Position numbers and translations under genes: made by a program. DNA of 64,000 bases from the NCBI GenBank assembly GCA_020137815.1, contig CM035358.1:806001-870000 (forward strand), given 5' to 3'. Under the pieces are notes generated by a model. That model made no database searches, was not told the DNA's origin, and worked only from the letters and a program-made list of their open reading frames with translations. This document shows, piece by piece, positions 28,490 to 62,838 of the stretch. Numbering within the stretch: the first letter of the stretch is position 1; each line of letters begins with the position of its first letter. Origin of the DNA: Hormiphora californensis. Lineage: Eukaryota > Animalia > Ctenophora.

Positions 28490-30558
28490 TCATTTCCTCA
28501 ACATCTTGTTCCTTAGTTTGGTCACCAGACTCCGTTTTTTGGTGCTCGCGGTAGTGCTGGCAATGGTAGACCCTCCCACAACGGTACTGCTGTTATCTAG
28601 GACCGTTTCAACGGGACTCAGGACACGACCTAATTCCTCCTCAGTGAGATCTCGTGCAACAATCTCAATTGTGTCTGGAACTCCCCCTGAAGATGATGAT
28701 TCTGCGGTTTCTAAATTCTCCTTAGAATGACCCATGACATCATCCTCATTTCGACCCAGGAAACTAAACGCACTGTCAGTCTCCACTTCATGCTCCTCAT
28801 CAATCCTCAGTTCCTGTTGATGGTAATCACCATCATGGATTGATGGCAAACTGCCAGCCTCATCATGGATTGATGGCAAACTGCCAGCCTCATCATCACT
28901 CTCGTTATCAGATCTGTAACTACTCACCGGCTGGTCACTATCACCCTCATCATCCTCAAGGTGTGAGGTGCTGTTTCTCCTGGAGCTCCCATCCTCACTT
29001 GTCATAGAGGATAGGTCCTCAGTAGCTATGGATGATGAATCACCCTCGTCAACTAACACTGGGTAACGGGACAGTGAGGTTCTCTTTGGCAGTGAGGTTC
29101 TCTTTATAGTGGATGGGAGGTCCTCATACACCTCAGGGAAGAATACATCTTGGATTGCTCTGCTTGGTTGAGGTGGGGGAGGAGGGGGGAGGTCCTCTTC
29201 TTCACTAGATGTATCAGTACTGATGTCATCAGTAGCAATATCTCCATAACCCACTGACTCCTCAGATGCACTCAGCTCGTCTGCTAACTCGATCTGGACA
29301 TCCTCAGGAGTTAGGGGTGTCTCGTGGGTCTCTGCTGTGGATGACAGGGGGGTCCGGGCCTGGCCTTCAATTTGGATCTCGCCGGATACAAGGGAAAATA
29401 GCCGTTTGATTGGCTGGATCACTTGGTCTTGGACGAGGGATGTAGATGAGATGACAGGGGGAGGGGTGAGAGGGGTATCTAGTTCCTCCTCTGATTCAGG
29501 CCCCTTATCCTCACCCCATGTGGTTTCCTCTCCCTGGTAGTTCGACGAAAGTTGGGGTTCCTCTGGTTCAATTAGTTTATGTTTCGTCAAATACCCGGAA
29601 TTATCCTGCTCTAATTTGTGATCCCTGGAAACAGGACTGAATACTTCTGAAGCCAGTTTTTTATTCAGTTCTTGGGCCTTGTTAAATTTAATTGCGGTTG
29701 GGGCTTCCTCCTCTGTCTCCTTCTTGGCCTCAACTTCAATTTTCATTTGAGCTTGCTTGTTAGTTCTTTGGCTTGTTGATGGAATGGGTTGCTTGAGCAA
29801 CTCATCATCGCCAACAGTTTGCACCTCAATTGGAGCACTCTTTACCCCTGTTGAAGTAAGGTGTTCTGGTCCCTTCCGCTTATCCTCACCCTGCTTCAAC
29901 GCCTTGTGCAAACTACCTGCAGTCACAGGCTGTGGAGGGCTAGATACTCTTTCCGTCGAGTTAAGCCGCTGTCTAATTCGAGATAGAGAGGAATCCTTCC
30001 TCTCCCTCTCCTCCTCGTCCTCAGAGTCTACCTCACGCTGGTTGGTACTGGACTGCTTACTGGCATTAGCCATGGCATACCTGGCGCTTCTCCAACTAGA
30101 CACCTGGTTAGCCATGTCCGATTTGAGACGGGGCATGTTATTCAGGTTGGGTGTGTTGTACAGGGTTAGTTGTTCCTCATCTTCTTCCTCTTCCGTTAGT
30201 TCGAATGAAGAGGAGCTGGCTGTTGTGGCGGTGGGTTTCAGGGAGTCGTACAGAACAGCTCCTGTGGAGGGGGGGGGGGTAGTGTGAAGAATGGGGAAAT
30301 GAGTTAGTCAGTGTAAAGAACGGGAAAATATCAGGCCGTGCAAGATTTAAAAACAAGTAGTCTAGTCAGTGCAGAAAATACAGACTTGAAGGTAGGATCT
30401 CCCTATTCAAAATACACACCTGTTGTCCCCCCGTTCAAGTTGATCTTCTCTGCAGCAGCGACTGTGTCGACCAGTTTCGAGTCCTGGTCGGTGGAGGGGT
30501 TGTCTAGACCGTACAGCTTGGATAGACAGCAACAGACGCGATAAAGGTTGTGGTTCAT
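28490..30558 (-). CDS. Orphan acidic/Ser-rich intrinsically disordered protein (~636 aa), two coding exons
   Basis: Exon 30558-30420 (MNHNLYRVCCCLSKLYG...GGTT, phase 1, gtgtgt) joins exon 30261-28490 (ccacag acceptor; long open frame). Internal DEAGSLPSIH duplication; basic C-terminus KKRSLVTKLRNKMLRK. Confidence 0.75.
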
Positions 30559-32897
30559 ACGGAGAGAGAGAGTGGGTGAGAGAAAAGTGTCAACCTGTGT
30601 ATGTGGAGAGAGAGATCTGCACGTCTCAAGATTTGGTAGAGAGGTTGTGAGAGAGAGATGTAGAGTCGGAGTAAGCAGGGTGAATGTGTAAACTTCTGTC
30701 TGCGACACACTGGTATACAGTGGTATATAATAACACTGGTATGCTGGTACATGAGCCAAGAACTCTACAAACACAGTTCCTTCTGAATTATAGTTTCTGT
30801 GTCCTGAATCTCCAATATATCGCTAATACTCACTGCAGAGTCACAATTGGAGAAACGTGACTCAAATAAGATTTGGTGACACGTCATATGCGAGATCGAA
30901 GTCGCGCACATTCATGATATCGATCTCACACAATATATTATTATATTACTTATAGCGAGGCGAGAATAGGTGGCAATGGCACCAAAAGTAATATATGTCT
31001 TTCGACTTTTGTCTTCAAGTTGTTTTTTCAAGAATCACATTATATCTCATCTGACATCTGTACTCTACTTTCTATCAGTTCTCATATTAAGTACTGTAGT
31101 TCAAGTATCAGTGATCCCACGTGATATTATATTCAGTCACTGGAATAAATGGCTACCAACTTCAGAGCTATCATGTCCGACTTCACAGCTGACCAATGAA
31201 GATCATTAGACTCGGCAGATTATACCCGAATGGTGGAGCTAGATAGGAAAATAATAATTATCTTAGTATCTTACTGGTGTAATTATATATAGCGGCGCAC
31301 TGATAGCTCTTCCAATTTTAGTAATTTCAGGGAAGATTTCCCTCGCCTATCTTTAATCTACAGATTGCAATTCTCCCGTCTAGATACTCCACGGCTTCAA
31401 TGACCGGGTTTATGAGTCGCATTGATCCATGCTATGGAAATTAGTATGCCCTAGGGCCTATAGCTATGAGTATAGACTCTACACAATCAAACCTCGGTTA
31501 ACCGGGGAAGTTTATCGGTCCGGTTTGACTGTATATTTTATACTTGGTGACATAGCCGAGGATCAGATCCCAAAAACTGTTTCGTAGTGATCGTAGTGAT
31601 ACTCATACCACTTAAATTACTTAGCTGTAGATTTAGATGCCAATCTCAGCTATTATACCATTCACCTACCAAGTCACGCCAGTGCTATTTAATGGCTCGA
31701 CTAAAAATGTACATAATCTACCATGGCCAATGAAAATTGTGTGAATCAATTATTTCCTGGCTTTAACTAGAAATTGATTTTCTCTCACAGGAATGAGATT
31801 CATGTTTGAACTGTAGATATTAGATGCGTAGAACTAGACCAATCTACTTTTATCTCGCTTCTTAGTCATTAGAAGATTAAAGCAAACCCAATGCAATAAT
31901 CTACAGCAGACGAACTAAAGGCATTGATAATAATCCAGCTAATTAAATTGGATTGTGTTTTGGTTTTGAGCTTAGTATATTCGTGGTATAGTATGCTTTT
32001 GAACACTTCACTTCTTAGCAACTCCCGCCCATGCACTTGTGGTTTATCATATTCAAGCAATATAATTGTAGTCATACTATTTCAATTAAAACATACCGAA
32101 ATTATAATTCTATAATCTCTGCTTCTATAATTCCTTAATATATGCTTCGTTGTATGAAAATAATTATTCCCCTCCACGCGGCTCGGCCAACCACCAGTTC
32201 TATTTGGTATCCGCACCATTTCATGTGCCAATCAGGAAATTGCCGCGTGACATTTTGATGAGGGCCTGTCTGTCAGAACTTGCTAAAGTGCTAGCCCCTT
32301 CTGAGTGACGAGTGTTTAATATTTAGTGATATCTTAGTGTTCTACAGCAGCTTTGAACATTTTAGATTCGCCCATTTTAGATTAGTTCTTTTTGTTATCA
32401 TGTCCAAACCTGTTTTAACGTTTGCCTTGATTCAGGAAATTCACTTTTCAGATTTTTAATTTTCCGATTTTTATTTTCATATTAATATTTTTATTTTTTA
32501 GAGAGATGAATCATTATTTAGAAAACAGTTACACAACACAGTTCAAACATGATCTGAGGGGTGGCCATTTATGCCACCATAACCGACAGTTTAGCATGGG
32601 ATCCTCTAGCATTTTAGTGACTTAATACCCTAATCTGACCCGTTCTCACGCCCTTCTCTCAGAGCGATGAGAGTGGTCGGGCATCACGCTGGCATGCCTT
32701 ATTTGCTTCAAATTATCCAATAATTAGCACATCCTTCTATCGGAGACACTGGAGACTATTCAGAACTTATATTTATTTGTTTTCTTCATTCTTTTGTCAG
32801 CACTTTACAAATTCTTTGTTTGAAGGACCTTTGAAGATTGAGATCCACTCAATTTCACGCCTCCATACGCTCATATTATATGGCTACATTGTATTAA

Positions 32898-33777
32898 CCC
32901 TTTGGGACCGATAGTGGCGCCATCGACAGAAATATCTGAAAATTGCTGGAGACACTCCTAACAAGCCTACTTGAAAGCAGAACCAAAAAACTCGTCTCTA
33001 CGAACTTTGTTTCTGTGGGGTCACCAGTGACCCTATCGGTCTCAAATGGAATGCAAACAATTTAGATTTCGTAGCTATTTTGCCTCATAACTCGAAAACC
33101 GCTCATCTTAGACCCTATGTTTCTTCATAACACTTATATAAACCCGGCCATTCTGCACATTTTACACACCCTATGGACCTCTGTATCTCATCTGTAGCCG
33201 ATTTTAGAATTTCAAATTGGCCGAGATGAAAATTTTTATGAAGGAGCACAAATCTCAAAAATTTTTTCAGCGACTCTCTAAGATGTATAGATAACACTGA
33301 TGGAGTCGGTTAGTCGCTAGCACCCGTTTGAAAAATGCCGTTTTGGACCTTTATCGGTGGCCAATCCTTTAGAAATGCACGTAAAATCCAAATTTCTATA
33401 TTAGCGTTAGGGGACGATAGGGTCACTGGTGACCCCGGCATTATTTGCCCTCTGAGCGTTGTAAATTAGATCAAATCATCACGAAACTTCATACCGGGGT
33501 AAAACCTATGGTTTTCTTTTGATTTGTAGGTCCATTATTGGCTTACTTATACCGTTTTAGAGATATGGCCAACTTTACACCAAAATTTCAACTTTTATGG
33601 CTTAGAGTTGGCATTTCTAGTAAACTAAGATGTTCAAAGCTTAAAATGACCCCAAAAACAGCTAAAAAGTGTATATTCTAACCCGGAAAACCATTTAAAC
33701 TTCTTAGATTTAGTTCGGACAGACGCTAGATGCATAATTAGCGTGGGGTCACTGGTGACCCTATCGGTCTCAAAGGG
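32898..33777. mobile_element. piggyBac-like non-autonomous element
   Basis: ttaa|ccctttgggaccgatag ... ctatcggtctcaaaggg|ttaa (17-bp TIR, 1 mismatch, CCC...GGG termini); internal copies of the terminal motif near 33017 and 33416. Confidence 0.85.
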
Positions 33778-34188
33778 TTAAGGAATCAAGAGTTGGACAT
33801 GAACCCCATTGCGATATATAATGAGTTTTAAAGAATGATCATGTACTAATATGATTTATCTGTTGTGTGCAGTAATTACTATTCCTCCCATATGACGTGT
33901 TCTTGGCCTCAAACCAATGATAATATTATCAATTGTCTTTGTCGAGTACTCAAAAAATTTTCGAGTAGGTACTGTCCGCGACATTTTAACTACCTACTTG
34001 AGGTCACAGAAAGTCGTTTACGCAGCTCCCACTTTCTTTCTAGAGTGTTATGAAAGTTAACCTGAGTATGAAAACAATATTCTTAGTCCATCACTTTATA
34101 AGATGTTCATGATATATTGGTGTTATGTATCATGTCATCATGAGCTAGTATAAAAACATTAATTTCTACTTCCAGTTAGGGGTATATA

Positions 34189-34375
34189 AACCTTTGTCTG
34201 TTCTTCATCACTCGATATGGTGCATTATTATTGTTGTTATGTATCTTGATTAATGATTTAATCTTTGAATCAAAGATTAAATCATTAATCAAGATACATA
34301 ACAACAATAATTATGCACCATATCGTGATGAAGAACAGACAAAGGTTCAATAATCAAAGTTTGATTATTGAACCT
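34189..34375. repeat. Long near-perfect palindrome (~78-bp arms) plus an adjacent 16-bp-arm palindrome
   Basis: aacctttgtctgttcttcatcac...atctttga-a-tcaaagat...gtgatgaagaacagacaaaggtt, then aggttcaataatcaaa-g-tttgattattgaacct. Confidence 0.9.
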
Positions 34376-35121
34376 CGATAACTGATTTCATTTTATAGTG
34401 AGGCCACCGTGAGATTGGGTTCTCAAAACAAATTTTATTGAGAGGGGAAGAGAGAGAGAGAGAGAGTTGGCTCCATTGCAACCTATTCTCGCTCCGAGAA
34501 GAATGATAAATGTATGCAGAAGGATATGTTTAGTATGTGTGACTAGTGCGACAAGATCAGAGCCTTAACGATGACAATAATTGACGTTAGGTGGAATTAC
34601 TTTGTCAAAGCTATATATAGGGGTTCCCAAAATTTGTTACATCTTTTCCGATGGAAAGGAATCCTTCAATTGAGTTCTATATTAATTGTTTGTGATGTAT
34701 GAACTGCTTTGAAGTGTTACCATTTACGTCATTAGTTATTACCTTCCTTCCTGGAAAATGAAATTCACGTGTCCAACTTCCGGAGCATGAATTGCAAAAA
34801 TAGGACGGATTAATTAGCATCTGTCGACATAAAGTTGTTAAGCTCACTGGATTGTTAATTAACAGCCCCAACCTCCCTCTCTCCCTTGTTGCGTAGACAA
34901 AATGTTTCTCTATCCCTCTTTTCGAACGTTGCTAACCACTACCGGGGGGGGGGGGGGGGGGGGGGGGTGAGATTCCAAGAAGATTGAAGTAGTAATTAAT
35001 AAAACTCTAAATTGTTGGCTCCCTTTAATTTCTGTTACCAGTCAGAGAAAGTAGCTAAATGTCGATAATTGTTAGTTTCCGGCGGGGTAAGATTCTAGGA
35101 AGATTACATGGACAATTCGTT

Positions 35122-35295
35122 GTATATCAGGGTCAATAAAGTTGGGAATTTTTACCATTCAACGGCATCATCCGCGAAATTGTTCAAAATGTCCAATTGA
35201 GAAACTAATTAATTGAAGAAATTTCCAATTTCGCTGATGGCGCCGTTGAACGGTGACAATTCCCGACTTTGTTGACCAATATGACCCTGATATAC
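35122..35295. mobile_element. Small MITE-like inverted repeat
   Basis: gtatatcagggtca ... tgaccctgatatac, with longer imperfect internal arms. Confidence 0.6.
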
Positions 35296-35731
35296 AGCAA
35301 GTCTCAATTTTTCCATTTCAGCATAATCATATCACTCAACAATTAATTGAGAACCAGAAATGGTTCTAGCAATCTCATCTATGTGCTTTGCTTATTGCTT
35401 TCTAGGCTTATTGCTTTCTATGGCCTTTATGTTATATAGCATTGCCATTGCATATATTCATTGCAAAATGTTCACTGTTTTATAGAGAGGCTAGCTGTAT
35501 GCCGTTTTATGGTAAATTCAGTATAGTGTTGAAATTGTTGTTGGTCAGTGTTAAATAATCTGTCATTATCTTGGCCATTATAATACGGTCAGTACAGTTG
35601 TTTGACCTATCCTAATTTGTATTTTAAATAAATTCAGCCAATTAAAATTCATAATCATATTGTCAAATCTTCATAGTTCATAAAACCCTTGTTCCCCTAA
35701 CTCAATATAACTCTCCCCCGGTAGTATCACT

Positions 35732-37466
35732 ATGAACATCACTTATCTGGATCAAGTGAACTCATCTTTAGCAGTTAATCAGACGCTAAACTCAACAGCT
35801 GTTCTATCCATACTAAACGAACAGAATACTTTGAAAGTAAGTAATAACTATGGGAATTTGAAATCTTTGATTTGTACTGCGGGTAGTATTTGATTTTGAG
35901 TCCTGTTACTAATTTACTTTACCCTTCTACAGGTTCTGTTATGCGCCTACAACTTCATCCTCCTACTCTCCTCTCTACTGTGCAACTCAGTAGTACTCTA
36001 TGGGAACCCTCTACCGGCACGCCCTCAAAGCGGACCTGATAACACTACACCTGTTAATCCTACTGACACTACTGGATCTCCTCATCACCCTCTGCAACGT
36101 CCTCCCCCTCACCCTCACAACCTTCTCTGGCATGTGGATGCTGGGTGATACTGTGTGCGTGTTCCAGGCCCTCATAACCAGATACCTGTACCTCACACAA
36201 GCTACTAGTAGTGACACTTATAGCCGTCCACCGGCTCAGAGTGGTACTGGTACGGCGACCTGTCCGATCAGCTCTTCGAATAGTAAAAGCAGCAGCTTCT
36301 AACAGCCCGGTTCCTACTTACTGGGAGCTCTTCTAATCCCACTACTGCCACTAATCGGTGCAGCCCTGACTTCCAAAGACATCACTTTTGAGCCCTCCCA
36401 ACTGTCGTGTGTCCTGCCCTTAATGGACCATTCCTGGCACATAGTCTCGTTTCTATACCTCATCGTGTGTTCTGCTGCCGTGATCTTCAGTAACCTATGG
36501 ATCTTGATCATTGTCCTCAAGTTCAAGTTTTCCCAGGGTGGCGGCTTCTTCTCCAGTATTGTGGGGGCCACCGTTCCGGGGTACCAGACACGGAAAAACA
36601 AACGAAATATCTCAAGTGCAACGTATGTGCCCATTCTACTGATTTGTAGTGTGTTTATAGGGACGTACCTACCGGTCTACTTCATGGCAGGGGAGGACCA
36701 TACCAAGGCACACCGATCTGATTCCCCCTGGTTGGGGGTCTTGATGGTGGAGCTCCTCTCTATCAATGTTATCTGTAATCCTGTTGTCTACACCCTTAGT
36801 AATGGACGCTTTAGAAGGTATGTCATCTCTCTAATCAAATGCAGGGAGTTCAAGGTTGGAGTTGGTAAGAATCCAGATGAGAGTTCTGATGAGGGTATAG
36901 TGTCCCAGTTCTTCTCCTACACTAGGACAAGTGTGGCCAGTATGAGGGCGAGTGTGGTAACTATGAGAACTAGTATTGCCCGAACTACCTCCCTCTCTCG
37001 TCCCTCCCCGGGCTCCTCAATTAGGTCTTCCTCACACCTGGGAATGTACGAGAGTAATATCGCCCCGGGGGCATTTGCAGGGGATTGGAGTTGCAGTCCG
37101 GGCCGGAAACAGCGCCAGAAAAAGAGGCTGGAGTTTCTGCGAAGTAGATCCTGTAACACCGTTCTAAATCAACCGATAACAGAAAATTCATCGTCCGATC
37201 AGGGGGGAATGTTCAAGCCTAAATCGTGTATCATGCTCCAGAAACAAGATTCAGGGAGCACAATCAACACCCCAACACCCCCTGGTGGTATCCTCAAATC
37301 TTCCTGGGGAGATATCCCCACACCTCACAGGAATGGAGTCACATTTGCAACACTCGACCCCTTAGCAGTTCGAGTTCCCAAAAAGACAGATCAGAGACGT
37401 GTCGGTTTAGTATTGCCTGTCTCACCGTTACCAAACATCAAGAAAACTAAAAGCGTAGCAGACTAA
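35732..37466 (+). pseudogene. Rhodopsin-class (class A) 7TM GPCR with several frameshifts (pseudogene or assembly indels)
   Basis: Exon 35732-35836 (N-terminus with NIT/NSS/NQT/NST sequons) joins an exon from 35933. TM1 ..CNSVVLYG; TM2 LLTLLD; ECL1 WMLGDTVC; TM3 end IAVHR; ECL2 LSC; TM6 TYLPVY; TM7 NVICNPVVY; helix 8 NGRFRRYV; long Ser-rich tail. Frame changes near 36003, 36198 and 36290-36310. Confidence 0.82.
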
Positions 37467-38676
37467 TTGATCTAAAATAAAACAATTTCCATACTAAAGA
37501 GGTTTATTATTCGTCAAATTCTCGGGAAATGAGATGGCCAAAGAGACAATTTGAACTTTTATTTCACAATATTCTTATTTGTTTTTAGCAGCCTTGGTAA
37601 CGAAATTACCCCATCGTCTCTCAGAGGGGTAATTTCTTTATCAGTCGTCTGCCGTGCTGTGCGATTTTGTAAATGTCTTCCCATTTTTTGTATTCTGCCA
37701 AAAATCTTATTGTTGTCACTTGTCTGGAGACAGATGCGGCTAATCGGTAGCATGAGCAACTAGTAAAGACAAATCAGGAACTTCAAGTTCCGAACTTGCT
37801 ATCAACTGTCTGAACCTGATGAGACTGGTGTATGGTTTCCGGGCTCATACCGGTCCTGCGAGCCCCGAGGGGCCGATAGGATATCACTGAGACGCCCTCA
37901 GGGATGAAACTGGGTTTGTTTGCGTAACGCGCGGAAACATAAAATCAGCTGGAACCAACTTGATAAGGCGCGGCAGGGCGGGAACCACGCGCGCGGTACT
38001 GCGGGGACCTTGTCAGCACTTGTTGAGACCGTGGGAACTTTTGTCTTCTCAGAGAAGCTGACGACGAACCGTTTTTCAGAAGCTGAGGAGCAGGGGTGAC
38101 GTACATTGGCCGTAATCAGGAAAAGAATGTATTCCGAACCAAGTTCATTACCAGCAAAGAAAAACCAGTTGTTTTTTACAACAAACAAATTACTATTTCA
38201 GTGTGATCATTTATTGACAAGATTTGTGGGCTTAAACCCCATTTTGACAAAATCTCTATAACAGAAAATGATACGTGAGTAGAAAAAATATTATGTAAGT
38301 TAAGTGTGAGACCCAACGAATCATCGTTTCATCAGAATCTTGTTGTGTAACTATTTCAGGAATCAACACAAAGATTTGCCCTGTTCGGCCCTGTCTCACA
38401 TTACAAATGTAAAGGACGGTTACCCGAGTTCTTTTTGTAAGTTGGTCCCTACAACCAACACAAAGATTTTGATACTCACAAATATACGTCAGAATATCTC
38501 TCGTTATTGTCACAGATTTCACTAAACTGTAATGGATTACGAAGTGTATCTCGATTGGACGGTATGAAATGATAATAATAATTCTAACAGTACGTGTGCT
38601 GTCAATCTCAACCCAATTTACTGTCTCTCTCTCTCTCATTACTGTCTTTGCTCTCAAATCTCAGAGAGATTAATAC

Positions 38677-39516
38677 GGGGGGGGGGGGGGACATGTTAAT
38701 TTTGTTAATTTTGTTAATATTAACATCGAGAAAACAGGTGATTTATTAACAAAATTAACAAAAAGTTAACAAACGTTAACAAATGCCATTTATGCCATCT
38801 AAATCCCCTTTAGTACGTATTTTTAGTATTTAACACTTGTTCTGCGAGCAAAGTTGTTCATTCTGTACGATTTACATACCCCTGCTACCTCTACTACGGC
38901 TTTTCTACAGCGATTTATTCCATTTTGTAAATGTTAATAAATACTAACCAAACTAAACCGCAATTGAAGTCAAATGACCTTAATCCACATTTTCGCACCC
39001 TAAAAACTAAATAAGACTCATGAATTTACCTTAAAACGAAAAATATCCCAAAAATCAATTTTTCTAAAAAAACACAAGGATTTGTAGCGAAGCAAATTTT
39101 CAATCCTTGACCAAAAAAATTGATTTTGGGAAAATCTTATTTCTTTTTTCAACAGAAACGTTGTACATCATCTTATTAAGTCCAAAGAATCGATTACCAA
39201 TTTAAAAATTACGTTTAAGTGAGGTTTTATACGCTAAATTGAAATATTTGTAACTTTTGGAATTTTATCGATTTTGAGCCAAAAAAACCTGTATGTCGGA
39301 CTTTGGTTACCGGAAAAGGCCTTGTTTGGGTATAAATGCGTTAGATAATTCATTAAACTATAAAATTAAACCAGTTAAAGTCGTATTATCAACCAATAAG
39401 AACAGTCTTTTAGCATTTGTTAATTTTGTTAATTTTGTTAATTTTGTTAATTAACGTTAATTAACAAAATCGAAAAAAAGAGGTGATTTATTAACAATTA
39501 ACATGTCCCCCCCCCC
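38677..39516. mobile_element. Non-autonomous DNA transposon with poly-G/poly-C termini and 8-bp TSD
   Basis: attaatac|ggggg...gacatgttaatt ... aattaacatgtccccc...|attaatac; subterminal ttgttaatt repeats. Confidence 0.8.
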
Positions 39517-39635
39517 ATTAATACACGGTATATTATCATTTATTGTCCCTCTCTGGCGTGATGTTCTCTCGCCTTCTTCTGACGTGTCACACAATGTGGT
39601 TAATAACCCTCTCTAATATTGGAGGGTGAAGTGGT

Positions 39636-60906
<21,271 letters not shown>

Positions 60907-60967
60907 CTGAAAAGTTAATAATTAGAGGTGACAGCTTTCACTGTGTTGCCTGCCGCGGACTGATTAT

Positions 60968-61061
60968 AAGGAGATCGGTTAGAGTCTCGCGGCTTATTCC
61001 GAACCACCAATCTCTTACTACATGGTTCGGAATATGCCGCAAGACTCTAACCGATCTCCTT
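60968..61061. repeat. Hairpin with ~39-bp arms
   Basis: aaggagatcggttagagtctcgcggcttattccgaacca ... tggttcggaatatgccgcaagactctaaccgatctcctt. Confidence 0.85.
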
Positions 61062-61577
61062 TTAATAATTAGAAACCAGCTGTCAATTTAAAAGTGTGGG
61101 GTCGATAGGTTGTGTGGCTCACTTGTTATTTCATCTCTGTGAGGGTTCGGTAAGGCAACAGTATTATGGGGTAAAATGTCTCAAAATGGGCGAACATTGA
61201 TATTTCAACACGTGAATCAGTTTGTATCAGCCGTTGTTACTATGTACTGAGAAAATTGGGCTCTAGTGTTTTATATTTATCTAAACATGGTACTTTTTTT
61301 TACTAGGCTTACAGATCTGCAGACTTTGGTTAGCTTGAGAACTACCGACTTTGGAATTTAGCTATATACGTTTAGGTTTCATCAATATCTCGACCAAAAC
61401 GCAGAGTTTTACGTCATCCGACTAGAAACAGGCCTAATGCCTATATTTGACCGCCTACTTAGTCTCAGAATCTATAAATCACTGAATACTTTATCCTCAG
61501 CCCGACAGTTTGTATTAATAATATTGAATTAATAATTAAAACCGTTATTATTATTTTTAGGACTCCTCGCCATTACG

Positions 61578-62765
61578 ATGATAAAAACTACCCACGGCAC
61601 CCTCCTGAAGGTTCTTTACTTGATCGTCTACACGATGGTGGTCATGACTCTAGGGGCACTCTTTCTTTCACACCCTATCTCGGAACCGGTGAAGAAAACT
61701 ATATGTACTCATGATTTACATCAGTACAATGAAGCACTACCTGGGTTCGAAGATATACAAAAAGGTTCTGTGTTAGAACCTACTAACCCCAGCGAAGTAC
61801 CGCCTGAATCCGCCAAACAGTGTTCTACTGATCGTGAGATATTTATAGAACTAGTTGACAAGCGCAGGGAATTAGTCCAGGAGCGATGCAAGAGTCTGAA
61901 GCAATACAGACAAGACTCCGTCCCAAGTGAAAAATGGTTTTTGGACAAGACAGGAAATCAGGGGATCGTTTATTGCCCCATTTTCAAGGCTGCCAGTTCT
62001 TTTACCGAGGCCCACTTTTGTCCGCCATACTTTAGTGCTAACATCTGTGCTGATATTGGGGCAAATAAGTGGAGAACGAAGGGATTCAACAAAAGGAATG
62101 CACCTCCGGGAACTCCTAAACTGTTAACCGTGCGAAACCCTTTCGATCGAGTTCTATCGGCGTATCGTGATAAAATCCAGGCTCTAGAACCAAGCAACCC
62201 CTACAGAGACCCCATTTTTAATGAAATAGTTCGGCATCATAGATTTATATCCTTCGAAGATCGTAGCAGCAGGGAAAAATTGTTAAACGAAGCCAAGGAG
62301 ATGTCTAAAACAATCTCAAACGAGAGAGGTGTAAGTGTGTATGTAGAGGGAGCTACCAATCCTTATCTCAAGCCTATATCGGCAACTTTCCCAGAGTTTA
62401 TCAAGAACCTGCTAACAGATCACTGGCGGAACGAGCACTGGGCCGAGATGACTGAGCAGTGTGCGCCGTGTAAAATGGACTATGAATTTATCCTAAAAAC
62501 AGAGGATTATATGTGTGAATTTCCCATGTTTTTGGATGTAATCGGAGCATCGGACATCAAAATTGATAACAAAAAGAAGTCAAATATCAACACTGCAAGG
62601 AAGGACTCTCAGTATGCAGATGTGTTTGAATATTATGGACAGCTGCCTGATGATACCATTGATGCATTTGTGCAGTGGTTCAAAGATGACTGTTACTTAT
62701 TTGATTACGATTGTGAGAGGTTGGCTCGTAAAATTAAGGAGTGGAAGAGTAGAACCAAGCTCTAA
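61578..62765 (+). CDS. Carbohydrate sulfotransferase (Sulfotransfer_2 / CHST8-14 family), type II Golgi membrane protein, 395 aa, intronless CDS
   Basis: N-terminal TM anchor; 5'-PSB YCPIFKAASS; 3'-PB VRNPFDRVLSAYRDK; TFPEFI; NEHW...CAPC..YEFILKTE; C-terminal DCYLFDY. Confidence 0.9.
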   Translation: MIKTTHGTLLKVLYLIVYTMVVMTLGALFLSHPISEPVKKTICTHDLHQYNEALPGFEDIQKGSVLEPTNPSEVPPESAKQCSTDREIFIELVDKRRELVQERCKSLKQYRQDSVPSEKWFLDKTGNQGIVYCPIFKAASSFTEAHFCPPYFSANICADIGANKWRTKGFNKRNAPPGTPKLLTVRNPFDRVLSAYRDKIQALEPSNPYRDPIFNEIVRHHRFISFEDRSSREKLLNEAKEMSKTISNERGVSVYVEGATNPYLKPISATFPEFIKNLLTDHWRNEHWAEMTEQCAPCKMDYEFILKTEDYMCEFPMFLDVIGASDIKIDNKKKSNINTARKDSQYADVFEYYGQLPDDTIDAFVQWFKDDCYLFDYDCERLARKIKEWKSRTKL

Positions 62766-62838
62766 AGTCCGTATCAAGCCAATAGCATGTAACATCAATT
62801 TAATCATTCTACACATATCATTGCTGTATATATTTATA

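Noticed and set aside
37898-38188. GC-richer 96-aa ORF
   Set aside because: No recognisable homology or splice support.
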